From NCBI GenBank assembly GCA_021814695.1, contig JAKAHY010000005.1, positions 1,364 to 65,363 of the forward strand: a stretch of 64,000 nt of DNA, in the 5' to 3' direction. The notes beneath the pieces were generated by a model. It made no database searches. It was given only the letters and a program-made list of their open reading frames with translations, and had not been told where the DNA came from. Source of the DNA: a bacterium (GTDB lineage Bacteria > Patescibacteriota > Minisyncoccia > UBA6257 > JAGOQP01). This document shows positions 10,962 through 20,478 of this stretch, piece after piece; the stretch's first letter is position 1; each line of letters begins with the position of its first letter. Both the position numbers and the translations under genes were made by a program.

Positions 10962-11324
10962 TTAATTAATCGATGCCAAGTAATATATAACCATCAAGCC
11001 CACGACCATGATAAAACACCCCGAAAAACTCACCAGATATGCAAGAATCTTTTCCCTATAAAACAACCAGAACGCAAGCGCCTGATCAATCGCAAAAATA
11101 ACAGCAAACGTGATTATCAGCCATGCGATATCCCCCGCTGAACCGATAACGTCAACCTCTCTTTGGAAGTTAGTATGCAGTATCATGTTTTTTTCGAGCG
11201 GGAAGAGTTGAACATAGGCAATTCCGAAGGCTATCGCCCACAAAACAATGCCCGTTACGATAACGGACAGAATATATTTATCCAGGATAAATCTCCTAAG
11301 TTTGTGAGGGACATTTATCAGCAT
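10962..11324 (-). CDS. Membrane protein (hypothetical)
   Basis: 120 aa with 3-4 hydrophobic helices. Confidence 0.4.
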   Translation of the reverse strand: MLINVPHKLRRFILDKYILSVIVTGIVLWAIAFGIAYVQLFPLEKNMILHTNFQREVDVIGSAGDIAWLIITFAVIFAIDQALAFWLFYREKILAYLVSFSGCFIMVVGLMVIYYLASIN

Positions 11325-11410
11325 AAACTGGATTGTATCTGAATTCGGGCCCTAATTCAACAGCAAAATAAAACATTGAGAGCAATATAATAGCGTGATA
11401 AAATCAAGAA

Positions 11411-12268
11411 ATGGAAGTACTGACTTTGGGACCGATAAAAGATTATGAATTGATTGATTCCGGCGACGAACAGAAACTGGAGAGATTCGGTGAATATGTT
11501 CTCTCAAGACCCGACCCGAATGCGGTTTGGCCAAGAAAGCTCTCCGATTCCTCCTGGAAAAATGCCGACGCTATTTTTCATAAGGAAAAATTAATAACCG
11601 GAAAACATTGGGAAAACAAGAGGGTTAAGGAGCCTTGGAAATTTTCTTTCGAAAATATTACCATGAATCTTTATCTCTCCCCTTTTAAGCATACCGGTTT
11701 ATTTCCCGAACAAATTCTTAACTGGCAGTGGTTTGGAAAGATTATGGAAAGCTGTGGAGGCAGTTGTCATATTCTCAATCTTTTTGGATATACCGGCGGA
11801 GCCACCTTATATGCCGCTTCCAAAGGGGCCAATGTAACCCACGTTGATGCTTCAAAGCCTTCTATAAATTGGGCTCGCCAAAATCAAAAACTCAGCGGAC
11901 TTGAGGATGCTCCAATACGCTGGATAGTAGACGATGTGGCTAAATTTGTCTCAAGAGAGACAAAAAGGGGGCATAAATATGATGCGGTCATAATGGATCC
12001 CCCGGCTTTTGGACGGGACCAAAAAGGAAAAGTATTCAAGTTCGAAAAAGACATTCCTAAATTATTGCAGCTTATAAAACAAGTAGTTACTCCCAACCCG
12101 CTTTTCTTTCTGTTTAACAGCTATTCTCTCGGATATTCACCGACGGTCATAAAAAATCTACTGGGAGAAATTTTGCCAATAGATAAGATAGAGTCCGGTG
12201 AGTTGCAAATAAAAGAAAAAAATACCGCGCGGTGCTTGCCGTGCGGAGTGTTTGCAAGATACGAGTAA
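11411..12268 (+). CDS. Class I SAM-dependent RNA methyltransferase (RlmI/RlmK-like)
   Basis: N-terminal ELIDSGDEQKLERFG, SAM-binding core LFGYTGGATLYAA, and DPPAFGR catalytic motif. Confidence 0.6.
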   Translation: MEVLTLGPIKDYELIDSGDEQKLERFGEYVLSRPDPNAVWPRKLSDSSWKNADAIFHKEKLITGKHWENKRVKEPWKFSFENITMNLYLSPFKHTGLFPEQILNWQWFGKIMESCGGSCHILNLFGYTGGATLYAASKGANVTHVDASKPSINWARQNQKLSGLEDAPIRWIVDDVAKFVSRETKRGHKYDAVIMDPPAFGRDQKGKVFKFEKDIPKLLQLIKQVVTPNPLFFLFNSYSLGYSPTVIKNLLGEILPIDKIESGELQIKEKNTARCLPCGVFARYE

Positions 12269-12273
12269 TTTTA

Positions 12274-12675
12274 TCAAAAGAATCTGGGCCTGTTCCCTTC
12301 CGCCAAATCCCTGACAACAGCAGGAAAGCTTTTCTTTCCGCTTTCTATTTTGATGCTTCTGCGATTGGCAAAAACAATCTTTTTCTTATAACCGAGACAC
12401 AATAGAGTATACGTCACCCCAATATCGAAGTGAGATCCGGAGCTTGTCTTGTCATACCAGATATGGACTTCGTCGGCATTGAAAATAGCCCTAAAATTAT
12501 CCAATAGAATTCTGGTCCCGACAGGATCATCCTGATTTGTGTCATATAAAGGCCAGTGAACCCGATATCCCTTTTTCCCCAATTTTTCTACATATTTTCT
12601 GATCTTATCGTTTACTTCATCCTTAACATCACGAACGGGACAAATAAGAAAAATCCTTTTGGTTTTCTTTTTCAC
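12274..12675 (-). CDS. Nucleoside 2-deoxyribosyltransferase-like (Rossmann-like) protein
   Basis: IFLICPV N-terminal strand and SSGSHFDIGVTY, resembling the DSGTAFExGYA motif of that fold. Tentative. Confidence 0.35.
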   Translation of the reverse strand: MKKKTKRIFLICPVRDVKDEVNDKIRKYVEKLGKKGYRVHWPLYDTNQDDPVGTRILLDNFRAIFNADEVHIWYDKTSSGSHFDIGVTYTLLCLGYKKKIVFANRRSIKIESGKKSFPAVVRDLAEGNRPRFF

Positions 12676-12787
12676 CTTGGCATCCTCGTATGAACTGCCT
12701 GCATTATATTATTTCGCAGGCTCTTTGCAAGTATTTGTGCCTGAAGGGCTATTTTGATACCTTTAATTCAGAACAAGGAGCGGGCAT

Positions 12788-13192
12788 ATGAAGCTAAAAC
12801 AGCTTCTACTGTGTATATTTCTTCTGTTTCCAAGCGTTTCATCCGAATGGCCGATCCCCAAGGTAATAGCTTCCGGTAAGGGAATGCAAATTGTCGAGAA
12901 TAAGTTGCCGGTTTCATTCCTGTGGTTTGTGGGAATATCATTGTCCGAAGAAAATAACGTCTACGCCCTGTTGCCCATCCATAACAACGGGACGGACAGA
13001 AACAGATTTGAGTCATCGGGAATTGACGTCATCTTTCACGATAATGAAAGTATTTTTATTAAAATTGTTCTGGAAACGAACAAAATGGATTCCCGCCAAA
13101 TAACCCGCGCCGTCATAAAAAAACTGGAATCGGTAGATTCTCGCCTTATGTTTTTCTTAGACGACAGCACTCTTTACGTACCCCGCCCATAA
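12788..13192 (+). CDS. Secreted hypothetical protein
   Basis: N-terminal signal peptide MKLKQLLLCIFLLFPSVSS. Confidence 0.4.
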   Translation: MKLKQLLLCIFLLFPSVSSEWPIPKVIASGKGMQIVENKLPVSFLWFVGISLSEENNVYALLPIHNNGTDRNRFESSGIDVIFHDNESIFIKIVLETNKMDSRQITRAVIKKLESVDSRLMFFLDDSTLYVPRP

Positions 13193-13234
13193 AGCGGGAT
13201 TTTGTTTAAAAAGGACGGCTATATACAGCCGCCA

Positions 13235-13804
13235 TTATTTAATGTACTCACGCCAGAGAGGATCCCAATCTTTCTTGAATACCGCCAGCATAACTTCGTC
13301 CCAATATCTTCCTTTGCGAAAGTGCTGGTTTTTTCTTACCCCCTCAACCTTATAACCACAATGAAGATTGTGACCGATACTCCTTCCGTTATACGAAAGA
13401 GCCGAGGAACAAATTTTTCTTAGGTTCAGCGTACTGAAAGCGTAGTTTAACAGATTCATTTTAGCGTCGGTCCCGAAACCCTTGCCCCAGAATTCTTTTT
13501 CACCAATCAGCGCTCCGGTAAAGGCGGTGCGAGATATCCAATCTATCCGATGAAGACCCATAGTGCCGATAGGGATTTTGCTGTCTTTTATCTCAATAAC
13601 AAGAATTACATTTTTATCGTCTTTATTGGCATTTTCTATCCACTCCCTTTCCCGCTTGATTCCTGAAGGAAAGACCGCAGAAACAAAATGTCTAACTTCC
13701 GGATCATTTATCCAACGATAAAACAATTCGACGTCGGTATTAATATCGGGAGGCCTAAGAATTACTTTTTTACCAATAATGAATACTGTTTTTTGGTTTT
13801 CCAC
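13235..13804 (-). CDS. GNAT family N-acetyltransferase (RimJ/RimL-like)
   Basis: Acetyl-CoA binding motif ...GALIGEKEFWGKGFGTDA.... Confidence 0.75.
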   Translation of the reverse strand: MENQKTVFIIGKKVILRPPDINTDVELFYRWINDPEVRHFVSAVFPSGIKREREWIENANKDDKNVILVIEIKDSKIPIGTMGLHRIDWISRTAFTGALIGEKEFWGKGFGTDAKMNLLNYAFSTLNLRKICSSALSYNGRSIGHNLHCGYKVEGVRKNQHFRKGRYWDEVMLAVFKKDWDPLWREYIK

Positions 13805-14051
13805 TTTCCCCTCCTTTTTGGGTTGTTAAGGTTCAAAAACTGCTCCGGTCATCGGAGCAGTTTTTGGTTTCAAATGTCAAAAAGTATTGTTTATATATTT
13901 AAAATCAAAGATTGCTCCAATGAAAGCCGGCCTCCGTTAAGGGATGCCGGGCAAATCATATTAATTTGGAACAACCCGTGTTTATACATAATTTTATTGC
14001 TTGTATTGTACATAACGATAAACAAATCAATTTGTTTCATTTTTTGTGGCC

Positions 14052-14071
14052 CCTGCCTACCGGCAGGCAGG
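14052..14071. repeat. 20-nt GC-rich palindrome cctgcctaccggcaggcagg (copy 1)
   Basis: An identical 20-mer occurs at 28160-28179; both copies sit beside tRNA-derived fragments. Confidence 0.7.
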
Positions 14072-14088
14072 CAACACGGGGGTTCGCC

Positions 14089-14102
14089 GTTCGAATCCCG
14101 AG
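14089..14102 (+). repeat. Inverted partial copy of the tRNA-Glu T-arm
   Basis: gttcgaatcccgag on the plus strand matches the T-arm of the minus-strand tRNA-Glu, about 50 nt downstream of the tRNA 3' end. Confidence 0.55.
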
Positions 14103-14111
14103 GGCAAAAAC

Positions 14112-14140
14112 AAAACATCCCGCTTACGCGGGTATGTTTT
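14112..14140 (-). terminator. Terminator after tRNA-Glu
   Basis: Hairpin cccgcttacgcggg followed by a T-run on the minus strand. Confidence 0.5.
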
Positions 14141-14148
14141 TGTTTTTG

Positions 14149-14223
14149 TGACCCCATCGGGATTCGAACCCGAGTTTTCGCGATGAGAACGCGACGTCCT
14201 GGACCGGACTAGACGATAGGGCC
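14149..14223 (-). tRNA. tRNA-Glu (anticodon CTC)
   Basis: Reverse complement folds as a cloverleaf: acceptor GGCCCTA/TGGGGTC, anticodon loop TTCTCAT, T-arm TCGGGTTCGAATCCCGA. Confidence 0.8.
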
Positions 14224-14241
14224 AATAACACACTACTTTTA

Positions 14242-15492
14242 TCACATAGCTCGCACTTCTTCAACTATTTTATCCAGTCCTACGACGCGAGAGCCCTTTA
14301 TCAAAATCAAATCCCCTTTTTTGATAACCTCCTGAAGTTTTAAGCCCGCCTCTCTAGCTTCGTCAAATGAGAATACGGATCTTTCATCCATATCCTTTTT
14401 TATAGCTCTTTGGGCAATAAACCTCGCTCTGGGCCCTACGGTAATAAGAATATCGGTACAAGAAGGAACCAGATCTCCTATCGTCTCATGAGCTTTAACC
14501 GTATAATCGCCCAACTCCATCATATCCCCCAGTACCGCAATCTTCCGTGTATGAGACACCATTTTGAGCGTTTTTAGGGCCATCTCCAGAGCTATCGGAG
14601 AGGAATTATAACTTTCATCGACAATCTGGGTTAATTTGATCCCCTCAATGATTACCGAGCGTCCTTTTATGGGGGCATAGTTTAACGTAAAGGCATTGGC
14701 GGACTCTATGAGATTAACTTCAAAAATAGTACCAACACAAGCAGCACAGGCGGCCGCATAAGCATGGGATATGGAAAATGCGTTCTTTAAGATAATCGGA
14801 ACGGAAGCTCCTTGATTTTCCATTTTAAAAGCAATTCCGTCTATTCTTCCTTCATCAATCATGTGCTTGAAATTGGATATCCTGACATCGGAATCTTTTT
14901 CAAATCCGAAAGTTACCGTCTTGGCACGGGTTTTTTCTTTGAGTTTAGTGATTATCGGATCATCTGAATTCAAAACGGCATAATCATCCACCGAGAGTTC
15001 AAAGATCAGTTTTCCTTTTTCTCTGGCAACTTGTTCTATGCCTTGAGGATAATTTTCTACATGGACGGGAAGCTGCCCGATTGCCGAAATTACCGCAACG
15101 TGCGGCTTGGCAATGGACATTAATTCCGTAATATCTCCGGGCTTATCAGCTCCGTATTCCAAAACTAACATTCGAGGATATGAATTTCTGGATTCAAATA
15201 TCAAATGCCAAAATCCAACCGATAAAACTTTTATCCAAAAAAACCACACCGGCCTGGATACCTTGGAATAATTCCCGATAATCGAAAGCGGCACCCCTAG
15301 TTCGTTATTGAAATTGGCCGATGTTTTTCTGGCATAAAATCTGTTCTTGAGTGCGGCCCAAATAGCCTCTTTAGAAGAAGTTTTTCCGACACTTCCGGTA
15401 ACAACAATGATAGCCGGCTTAAATCGTCTTATGGTCAGCCTTGATATAAAAACAAGGATAGATTTTAGAAACGAAATTATTTTCTTTTTCAT
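14242..15492 (-). CDS. murF: Mur ligase, most likely UDP-MurNAc-pentapeptide synthetase MurF
   Basis: P-loop VTGSVGKTS and Mur ligase central and C-terminal domains; last gene of the mraZ cluster. N-terminal domain unusually short. Confidence 0.7.
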   Translation of the reverse strand: MKKKIISFLKSILVFISRLTIRRFKPAIIVVTGSVGKTSSKEAIWAALKNRFYARKTSANFNNELGVPLSIIGNYSKVSRPVWFFWIKVLSVGFWHLIFESRNSYPRMLVLEYGADKPGDITELMSIAKPHVAVISAIGQLPVHVENYPQGIEQVAREKGKLIFELSVDDYAVLNSDDPIITKLKEKTRAKTVTFGFEKDSDVRISNFKHMIDEGRIDGIAFKMENQGASVPIILKNAFSISHAYAAACAACVGTIFEVNLIESANAFTLNYAPIKGRSVIIEGIKLTQIVDESYNSSPIALEMALKTLKMVSHTRKIAVLGDMMELGDYTVKAHETIGDLVPSCTDILITVGPRARFIAQRAIKKDMDERSVFSFDEAREAGLKLQEVIKKGDLILIKGSRVVGLDKIVEEVRAM

Positions 15493-15500
15493 CGGTTAAA

Positions 15501-17159
15501 TTAACGGCTTGAAGACGTTTGGGACGGCCTGTCCGGGGCAATATTATAGTAATTGAGGAGAAATTCAACCATTGTTCTGAATTGGGGCACGACGGTTTCT
15601 CCGGCCAAGGGAGCGTTTTGCGGCCTATCCAGTTTTATAAAAACGGTGAATTTGGGATTGGAGGCAGGGGCATAACCTATAAAAGTATTAATCAGCTTCT
15701 CATGGTTATATCCTTTAACATCATAATCCGTGGTATAAGCAGTTCCGGTTTTTCCGGCAACTTCATATTGGGAAATGGCGGCGACTTTGTTCACATCCAC
15801 TGCCGATACCATCATTTTGGTTACTTTTTGCGCAGTATCCTGGCTGATAACCCTTCTGACAACCTGAGGTTGTTCGTTTGCCAGTATCAACGGTTTCATC
15901 AAAAGTCCCCCGTTAGCAACAGCGGAAAACGCCGTGACTAACTGGATTGGAGTCGCTGTAATCCCCTGACCATAAGAAGCGGTCGAATAATTGGAGCCTA
16001 TGCCACTGTTTAGATTGCTTAAATTACCCGCAAGTTCTCCGGGGAGTTCTATGCCTGATTTTGCTCCAAATCCGAATTTCTTGATGTAATCGGTGAATAT
16101 TGAATTGCCTATTTGTTTTTGGGCAAATACTGCTCCGACATTGAGAGAATGCTCAATAACATTAGTCATTGTTATTTTCCCGTAAGGTCCATGAGTTTTG
16201 TAATCCCAATTGCAAATAGTCCATTTGCTATCCAGTTTTACACAAGCGGTATCAACATATGTCGTATCGGGAGTAATTTTACCAGAATCTATTCCGGTGG
16301 ACATCGTAATTACCTTAAACACCGATCCTGGTTCGTAAGGAAGCTGAACCGCATTGTTTATGAAATTATTAAGGGGATAATCCTGATAATTGTTGGGATC
16401 AAACGTAGGAACCGATGCCATTGCCAAAATCTTACCGGTGGAAGGCTCTTGAACAATCATCGTAGCGCCGGCGGCGTGCCACTGCTTATTTAAAGCATCA
16501 ATCAACAACTCCGCTTCATTTTGAATATTTCTGTCAATTGTCAGATAAATATCCTGTCCATTTTGAACATCCTGTATTGTCCCGCCCTCAACCCCACCAC
16601 CGGAACCGCGAAGCTCACTGTTATATTCCAATTCCAATCCATATCTTCCGGCAAGTTCGCCGTCATTACCCGGAGAGATAAACCCGAGCACCTGTGAGGC
16701 CATAGTGCCAAACGGATATGAACGGTAAATTTTTGGCCTTAAATATACCCCCTTCAAATTCAAATCTTTTATTTGCTGGACTTGTTCGTCTGTGGCCTTT
16801 TCTATGAGCAAGGTATATTGGCTCTTTGGCCTGGACAAACTAGCGACCAAAGATTTAACGTCTTTTCCGGTTATGGGAGCTAATTCGGTCGCTGCCTCTT
16901 GCGGATCCGAAATTTCTATAGGAACGGCATAAGCAGTCTCAAATTCTTTGTTTAAAACAATCGGAGTAAAAACTCCATTTTTATCGGAAGCGTAAATAAT
17001 CCCCCTTGACGGTATAAAATATCCCATAGCTTCACCTTGAGCCTGGGCCTTAGCGACATAGTTTGCTTTATTATCTATCTGAACCGTATAGAGATAGGCT
17101 CCAAGAATCCCAAAAAAAGCCAAAAACGATATTCGAATTAGCCATAATCTCCACTTCAT
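15501..17159 (-). CDS. ftsI: Penicillin-binding protein 2 / FtsI transpeptidase
   Basis: N-terminal TM, dimerisation domain, transpeptidase motifs SVFK...SxN...KTGT. Confidence 0.85.
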   Translation of the reverse strand: MKWRLWLIRISFLAFFGILGAYLYTVQIDNKANYVAKAQAQGEAMGYFIPSRGIIYASDKNGVFTPIVLNKEFETAYAVPIEISDPQEAATELAPITGKDVKSLVASLSRPKSQYTLLIEKATDEQVQQIKDLNLKGVYLRPKIYRSYPFGTMASQVLGFISPGNDGELAGRYGLELEYNSELRGSGGGVEGGTIQDVQNGQDIYLTIDRNIQNEAELLIDALNKQWHAAGATMIVQEPSTGKILAMASVPTFDPNNYQDYPLNNFINNAVQLPYEPGSVFKVITMSTGIDSGKITPDTTYVDTACVKLDSKWTICNWDYKTHGPYGKITMTNVIEHSLNVGAVFAQKQIGNSIFTDYIKKFGFGAKSGIELPGELAGNLSNLNSGIGSNYSTASYGQGITATPIQLVTAFSAVANGGLLMKPLILANEQPQVVRRVISQDTAQKVTKMMVSAVDVNKVAAISQYEVAGKTGTAYTTDYDVKGYNHEKLINTFIGYAPASNPKFTVFIKLDRPQNAPLAGETVVPQFRTMVEFLLNYYNIAPDRPSQTSSSR

Positions 17160-17163
17160 AAGT

Positions 17164-17478
17164 TTAGTTAGTCGCTTGCGACACGACGCTTAATGTAGAG
17201 GAGTAGGAAGGATTTTTATCGAGAATAAATCCTGTTGTCTGGATAAAATTAGGATCATAAGCTCCATCCAAAAGTTTATTAAGTTTGTTTCCCAATTCAG
17301 CTGTTTGAACTTGAATTTTAGCAAGTAAATCTTCGTTGTTTGAAACGTCGTGTCTAAGACTTATAAGACGAATGTAAAGAAAAACACCACAAACAGCCGA
17401 AATGATAAGAACGGCTATCATAACCACTATAAGCGAATTGATTTTCAGATCTCTTTTTCCGAACTCTATGACTGTCAT
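17164..17478 (-). CDS. FtsL-like bitopic cell-division protein
   Basis: 104 aa; single TM followed by a coiled coil; position between rsmH and ftsI. Confidence 0.45.
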   Translation of the reverse strand: MTVIEFGKRDLKINSLIVVMIAVLIISAVCGVFLYIRLISLRHDVSNNEDLLAKIQVQTAELGNKLNKLLDGAYDPNFIQTTGFILDKNPSYSSTLSVVSQATN

Positions 17479-17531
17479 ATATTAATAAATGGTAACCGGT
17501 AATTGGTAATTAGTTATAAAAAATAAAAACA

Positions 17532-18434
17532 TCAGATAAATTCCAAGACTCTTAATTTGGCTGAACGGCTTTTGGGATTTCGCGCAACTTCTTCTCGTGA
17601 TGCCGTAATGGGTTTTTTTGTGATAATTTTTGCCAATCCCTCTTTTTTAAAATCGGCGAACGCATTTTTTACTATTCTGTCTTCAAGCGAGTGAAAAGAG
17701 ATAATGGATACTATTCCGCCTTTAGCAACCAGTGTCGGAACTTTCTGTAGGAACTCGGAAAGGTTTCTCAATTCATCATTCACATATATCCGTAATGCCT
17801 GAAAAGTTTTGGTGGCAGGATTGATTCTTCCTTTTCTATAGAATGCCGGTACTGCCCCAGCAACCACTTCCGCCAATTGGGACGTCGTTTCGATTCTGTT
17901 CTTACGACGAGATTGCGCAATGGCCTTTGCAATTTGTCTTGAAAATCTTTCCTCACCGAATTTCCATATCATATCCGCCAATACCCTCTCATCTGTCGAG
18001 TTAACCGCTTCCGCCGCCGAAATACCCGAGGTCATGTCATAACGCATATCCAAGCGTTCGTCTTTCTGGAAAGTAAATCCTCTTCCGGAATCATCCAGAT
18101 GAAAAGAAGAAAACCCTAAATCCAAAAGTATTCCATCCGGCTTTCCAAGATGATTTTGCTCCAGAATATAATCCAAGTCTTTATAATTTCCCCACTCCAC
18201 TCGGATATCACATTTATGTCCGGAAAAGTCTTTCATAAACGATTCCTTAATCTTTTCGAGTAAATCTATATCCAGGTCTATTCCCAAAAAACTTCCTCCG
18301 GGCATTATTTTAGAAATTATTTCCCGGGCATGCCCTCCTCCGTCTATTGTGCCATCAACGATGAATTTCCCCTTGGAAAGATTCAGGGATTCAAGCACTT
18401 CTTTTAAAAGAACCGGAATGTGCCTTACCGTCAT
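17532..18434 (-). CDS. rsmH: 16S rRNA m4C1402 methyltransferase RsmH (MraW)
   Basis: MTVRHIPVLLKEVLE...DGTIDGGGHA N-terminus typical of RsmH. Confidence 0.9.
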   Translation of the reverse strand: MTVRHIPVLLKEVLESLNLSKGKFIVDGTIDGGGHAREIISKIMPGGSFLGIDLDIDLLEKIKESFMKDFSGHKCDIRVEWGNYKDLDYILEQNHLGKPDGILLDLGFSSFHLDDSGRGFTFQKDERLDMRYDMTSGISAAEAVNSTDERVLADMIWKFGEERFSRQIAKAIAQSRRKNRIETTSQLAEVVAGAVPAFYRKGRINPATKTFQALRIYVNDELRNLSEFLQKVPTLVAKGGIVSIISFHSLEDRIVKNAFADFKKEGLAKIITKKPITASREEVARNPKSRSAKLRVLEFI

Positions 18435-18862
18435 ATCCCCAATTGCCCTAATTTTTCGGCAATTTCATCGGAGGCACTCTCTGTTTTTGATTTATAGCGA
18501 TTCCATTCATCTTCATCCCAAATTTCAATGCGATTATAAAGTCCGGTCACTACGGATTTCTTTGAAAGCTTAGCGTATGCCCGTAAATTTTCCGGAATAA
18601 GAATTCTTCCCTGATTATCAAATTCCACATCTCCGGCCCCGGCCAACATCAATCGAACAAATGCTCTGGAGTCGGATTGTGAGAGAGGAAGGTTAACCAG
18701 CTTGTTTGCTAGTGCGTCCCACTCTTTTTGCGGAAACAGAAAAAGACACTTATCCAATCCCCTGGTTATAATTGCGCCCCCACTAAGACTCGCGCGAAAT
18801 TTAGCCGGAATGGCCAATCTGCCTTTGCTGTCTATTGTGTGTTTGAATTCTCCCAAAAACAT
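18431..18862 (-). CDS. mraZ: Transcriptional regulator MraZ
   Basis: MFLGEFKHTIDSKGRLAIPAKFR; duplicated SpoVT/AbrB-like domains. Confidence 0.9.
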   Translation of the reverse strand: MFLGEFKHTIDSKGRLAIPAKFRASLSGGAIITRGLDKCLFLFPQKEWDALANKLVNLPLSQSDSRAFVRLMLAGAGDVEFDNQGRILIPENLRAYAKLSKKSVVTGLYNRIEIWDEDEWNRYKSKTESASDEIAEKLGQLGI

Positions 18863-18904
18863 ATAGGTGGATAAATTATCCAGATAATTTCTAACTTTTT
18901 AACT

Positions 18905-18940
18905 GTTTCCACACAGTTGTCCACTTTTCCCCACTTTCAT
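18905..18940 (-). promoter_or_regulatory. Candidate MraZ operator boxes upstream of mraZ
   Basis: On the coding strand, GTGGG, GTGGA and GTGTGG repeats at roughly 10-nt spacing, 50-75 nt upstream of the mraZ start. Confidence 0.35.
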
Positions 18941-19026
18941 GTATTATGCGCCACAGACCCACACAAAGCAAGTGGATAAGTAATTTGTTTTTGGACCGCC
19001 TCCTGTTTGGCCGGAGAGCAACAAAA

Positions 19027-19052
19027 AACCGCATATTTTACAATGCGGCTGA
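19027..19052 (-). terminator. Terminator after the 19067-19546 ORF
   Basis: Hairpin ccgcatattttacaatgcgg followed by a T-run on the minus strand. Confidence 0.45.
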
Positions 19053-19066
19053 GATTAGCGGGCTGT

Positions 19067-19546
19067 TTAGAGCCGACCGTTAAACACTTTCCTGGCTTGT
19101 TGAAATGCAGTCAGGCGTTTGATATTAAAAACGGATTGCATTTCTTTTCTTAGCTCTTTCCATCGCTCATCAATAGATTCGGAATCGGATACCAAAAGAT
19201 TATGTCGGACACATACCCGAGAGTCGTCATAGTCCGGATTTTCTCCTATGATAATTATCTTGGCGATCTTCTTCCAAAAATCGTTATCACTCATTGACCC
19301 GACAAGTAATACCGTTGTTCCGAAAAGATCCAATTCAACCCCATCATCACCCCTACGCTTCAAATTAAAAAACGGAATTTGTTGTCTATCACATTCAACT
19401 TCACAACGATGTAGACTCTTTGATTCTTTTCCCCAAATAAAGTCGGTGCAGAAAAGCGCCAATGCAACATCGCTGCCGTTATTGGTAAGATAACCTGACG
19501 CATTATCAAACGACAGGTATGGAATAATTTCTATTACATCGCTCAT
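19067..19546 (-). CDS. Hypothetical protein
   Basis: 159-aa ORF, no family recognised. Confidence 0.3.
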   Translation of the reverse strand: MSDVIEIIPYLSFDNASGYLTNNGSDVALALFCTDFIWGKESKSLHRCEVECDRQQIPFFNLKRRGDDGVELDLFGTTVLLVGSMSDNDFWKKIAKIIIIGENPDYDDSRVCVRHNLLVSDSESIDERWKELRKEMQSVFNIKRLTAFQQARKVFNGRL

Positions 19547-19713
19547 CTCAGAAAGACTGAGTTGAATTGCAATAGCAATATCGATATCCAGACTAACCGC
19601 CAGTAGATGAAGCGGCTTTTTTTCCAGAGCTTCCTCTTTTCAGATAGCTAAGTTTAAGCTAACACAATACACAGTAATGTAAAGTGCGCCAATATATTTC
19701 AAAGAAATACAAA

Positions 19714-20472
19714 CTATTGGGCCAGAACCGAATCAATAGTTTGTTTTACCGAAGCAAAACCATAAGCTCCATCGATAGAAGCAACCGGTTTATTGTCGGC
19801 TATAACAACGCTGTAGGGAGTGCCCCGAGCTCCGGATTTTATCGCATCCTGAATTTGAGACGATATCTTTTGATCGTAGCCGGTACCTGAAAGACAAGAG
19901 TCGAATTTTTGCATATCAAGCCCAAGACCTCTGGCTATAACATCAAGCTGGTTTGGATCAAGCTGATTATTGGAAGGCGTGATTTTAAATACCCCATCTA
20001 CGTATTTCCAAAACATATCATTACCCCCCTGCTCTGCGGCACACTCCGAAGCAACCGCTTCGTGGCGGGCCTTAGGGTGAAGTTGATCTATCGGATAATG
20101 TCTATAAACCCAAGCCACTTTATTCCCGTAGGTCGCGAGTACTTGCTCCATTGTAGGTTGAAACTGTTTGCAAAAAGGACATTCAAGATCAGAAAATTCC
20201 ACTATTTTTATCGGAGCGTCGGGATTGCCTCGAATATGATCCAGAGAGCTAACCGGAACAATGTTGTTAATGGAGGAAACGGACGCCGTCGGACCGGGAT
20301 TCTGTTGCTGTCCGGATTGATTATTTTCTCCGGCTAAAGACTGGCGATTACTAAACGCAAAAATGACAGCCGCCGATATAATCACGCCCGCAAATATAAT
20401 TGCGAACGGAATTATAAGCGGATTCTTTTCATCGATCTTTTCTTCAATAACATTCTTTTCTTTTTCGTCCAT
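19714..20472 (-). CDS. DsbA-like thiol:disulfide oxidoreductase (membrane anchored)
   Basis: N-terminal TM; thioredoxin fold with CPFC active site (FSDLECPFCKQF). Confidence 0.75.
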   Translation of the reverse strand: MDEKEKNVIEEKIDEKNPLIIPFAIIFAGVIISAAVIFAFSNRQSLAGENNQSGQQQNPGPTASVSSINNIVPVSSLDHIRGNPDAPIKIVEFSDLECPFCKQFQPTMEQVLATYGNKVAWVYRHYPIDQLHPKARHEAVASECAAEQGGNDMFWKYVDGVFKITPSNNQLDPNQLDVIARGLGLDMQKFDSCLSGTGYDQKISSQIQDAIKSGARGTPYSVVIADNKPVASIDGAYGFASVKQTIDSVLAQ

Positions 20473-20478
20473 ATATTT

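Noticed and set aside
13688-14212. Plus-strand 174-aa ORF and overlapping minus-strand 88-aa ORF (13891-14157) across the tRNA-Glu upstream/downstream region
   Set aside because: They run through the tRNA-Glu gene, the GC palindrome and the terminator hairpin, have no RBS and a low-complexity translation. The region is better explained as non-coding tRNA-associated sequence.
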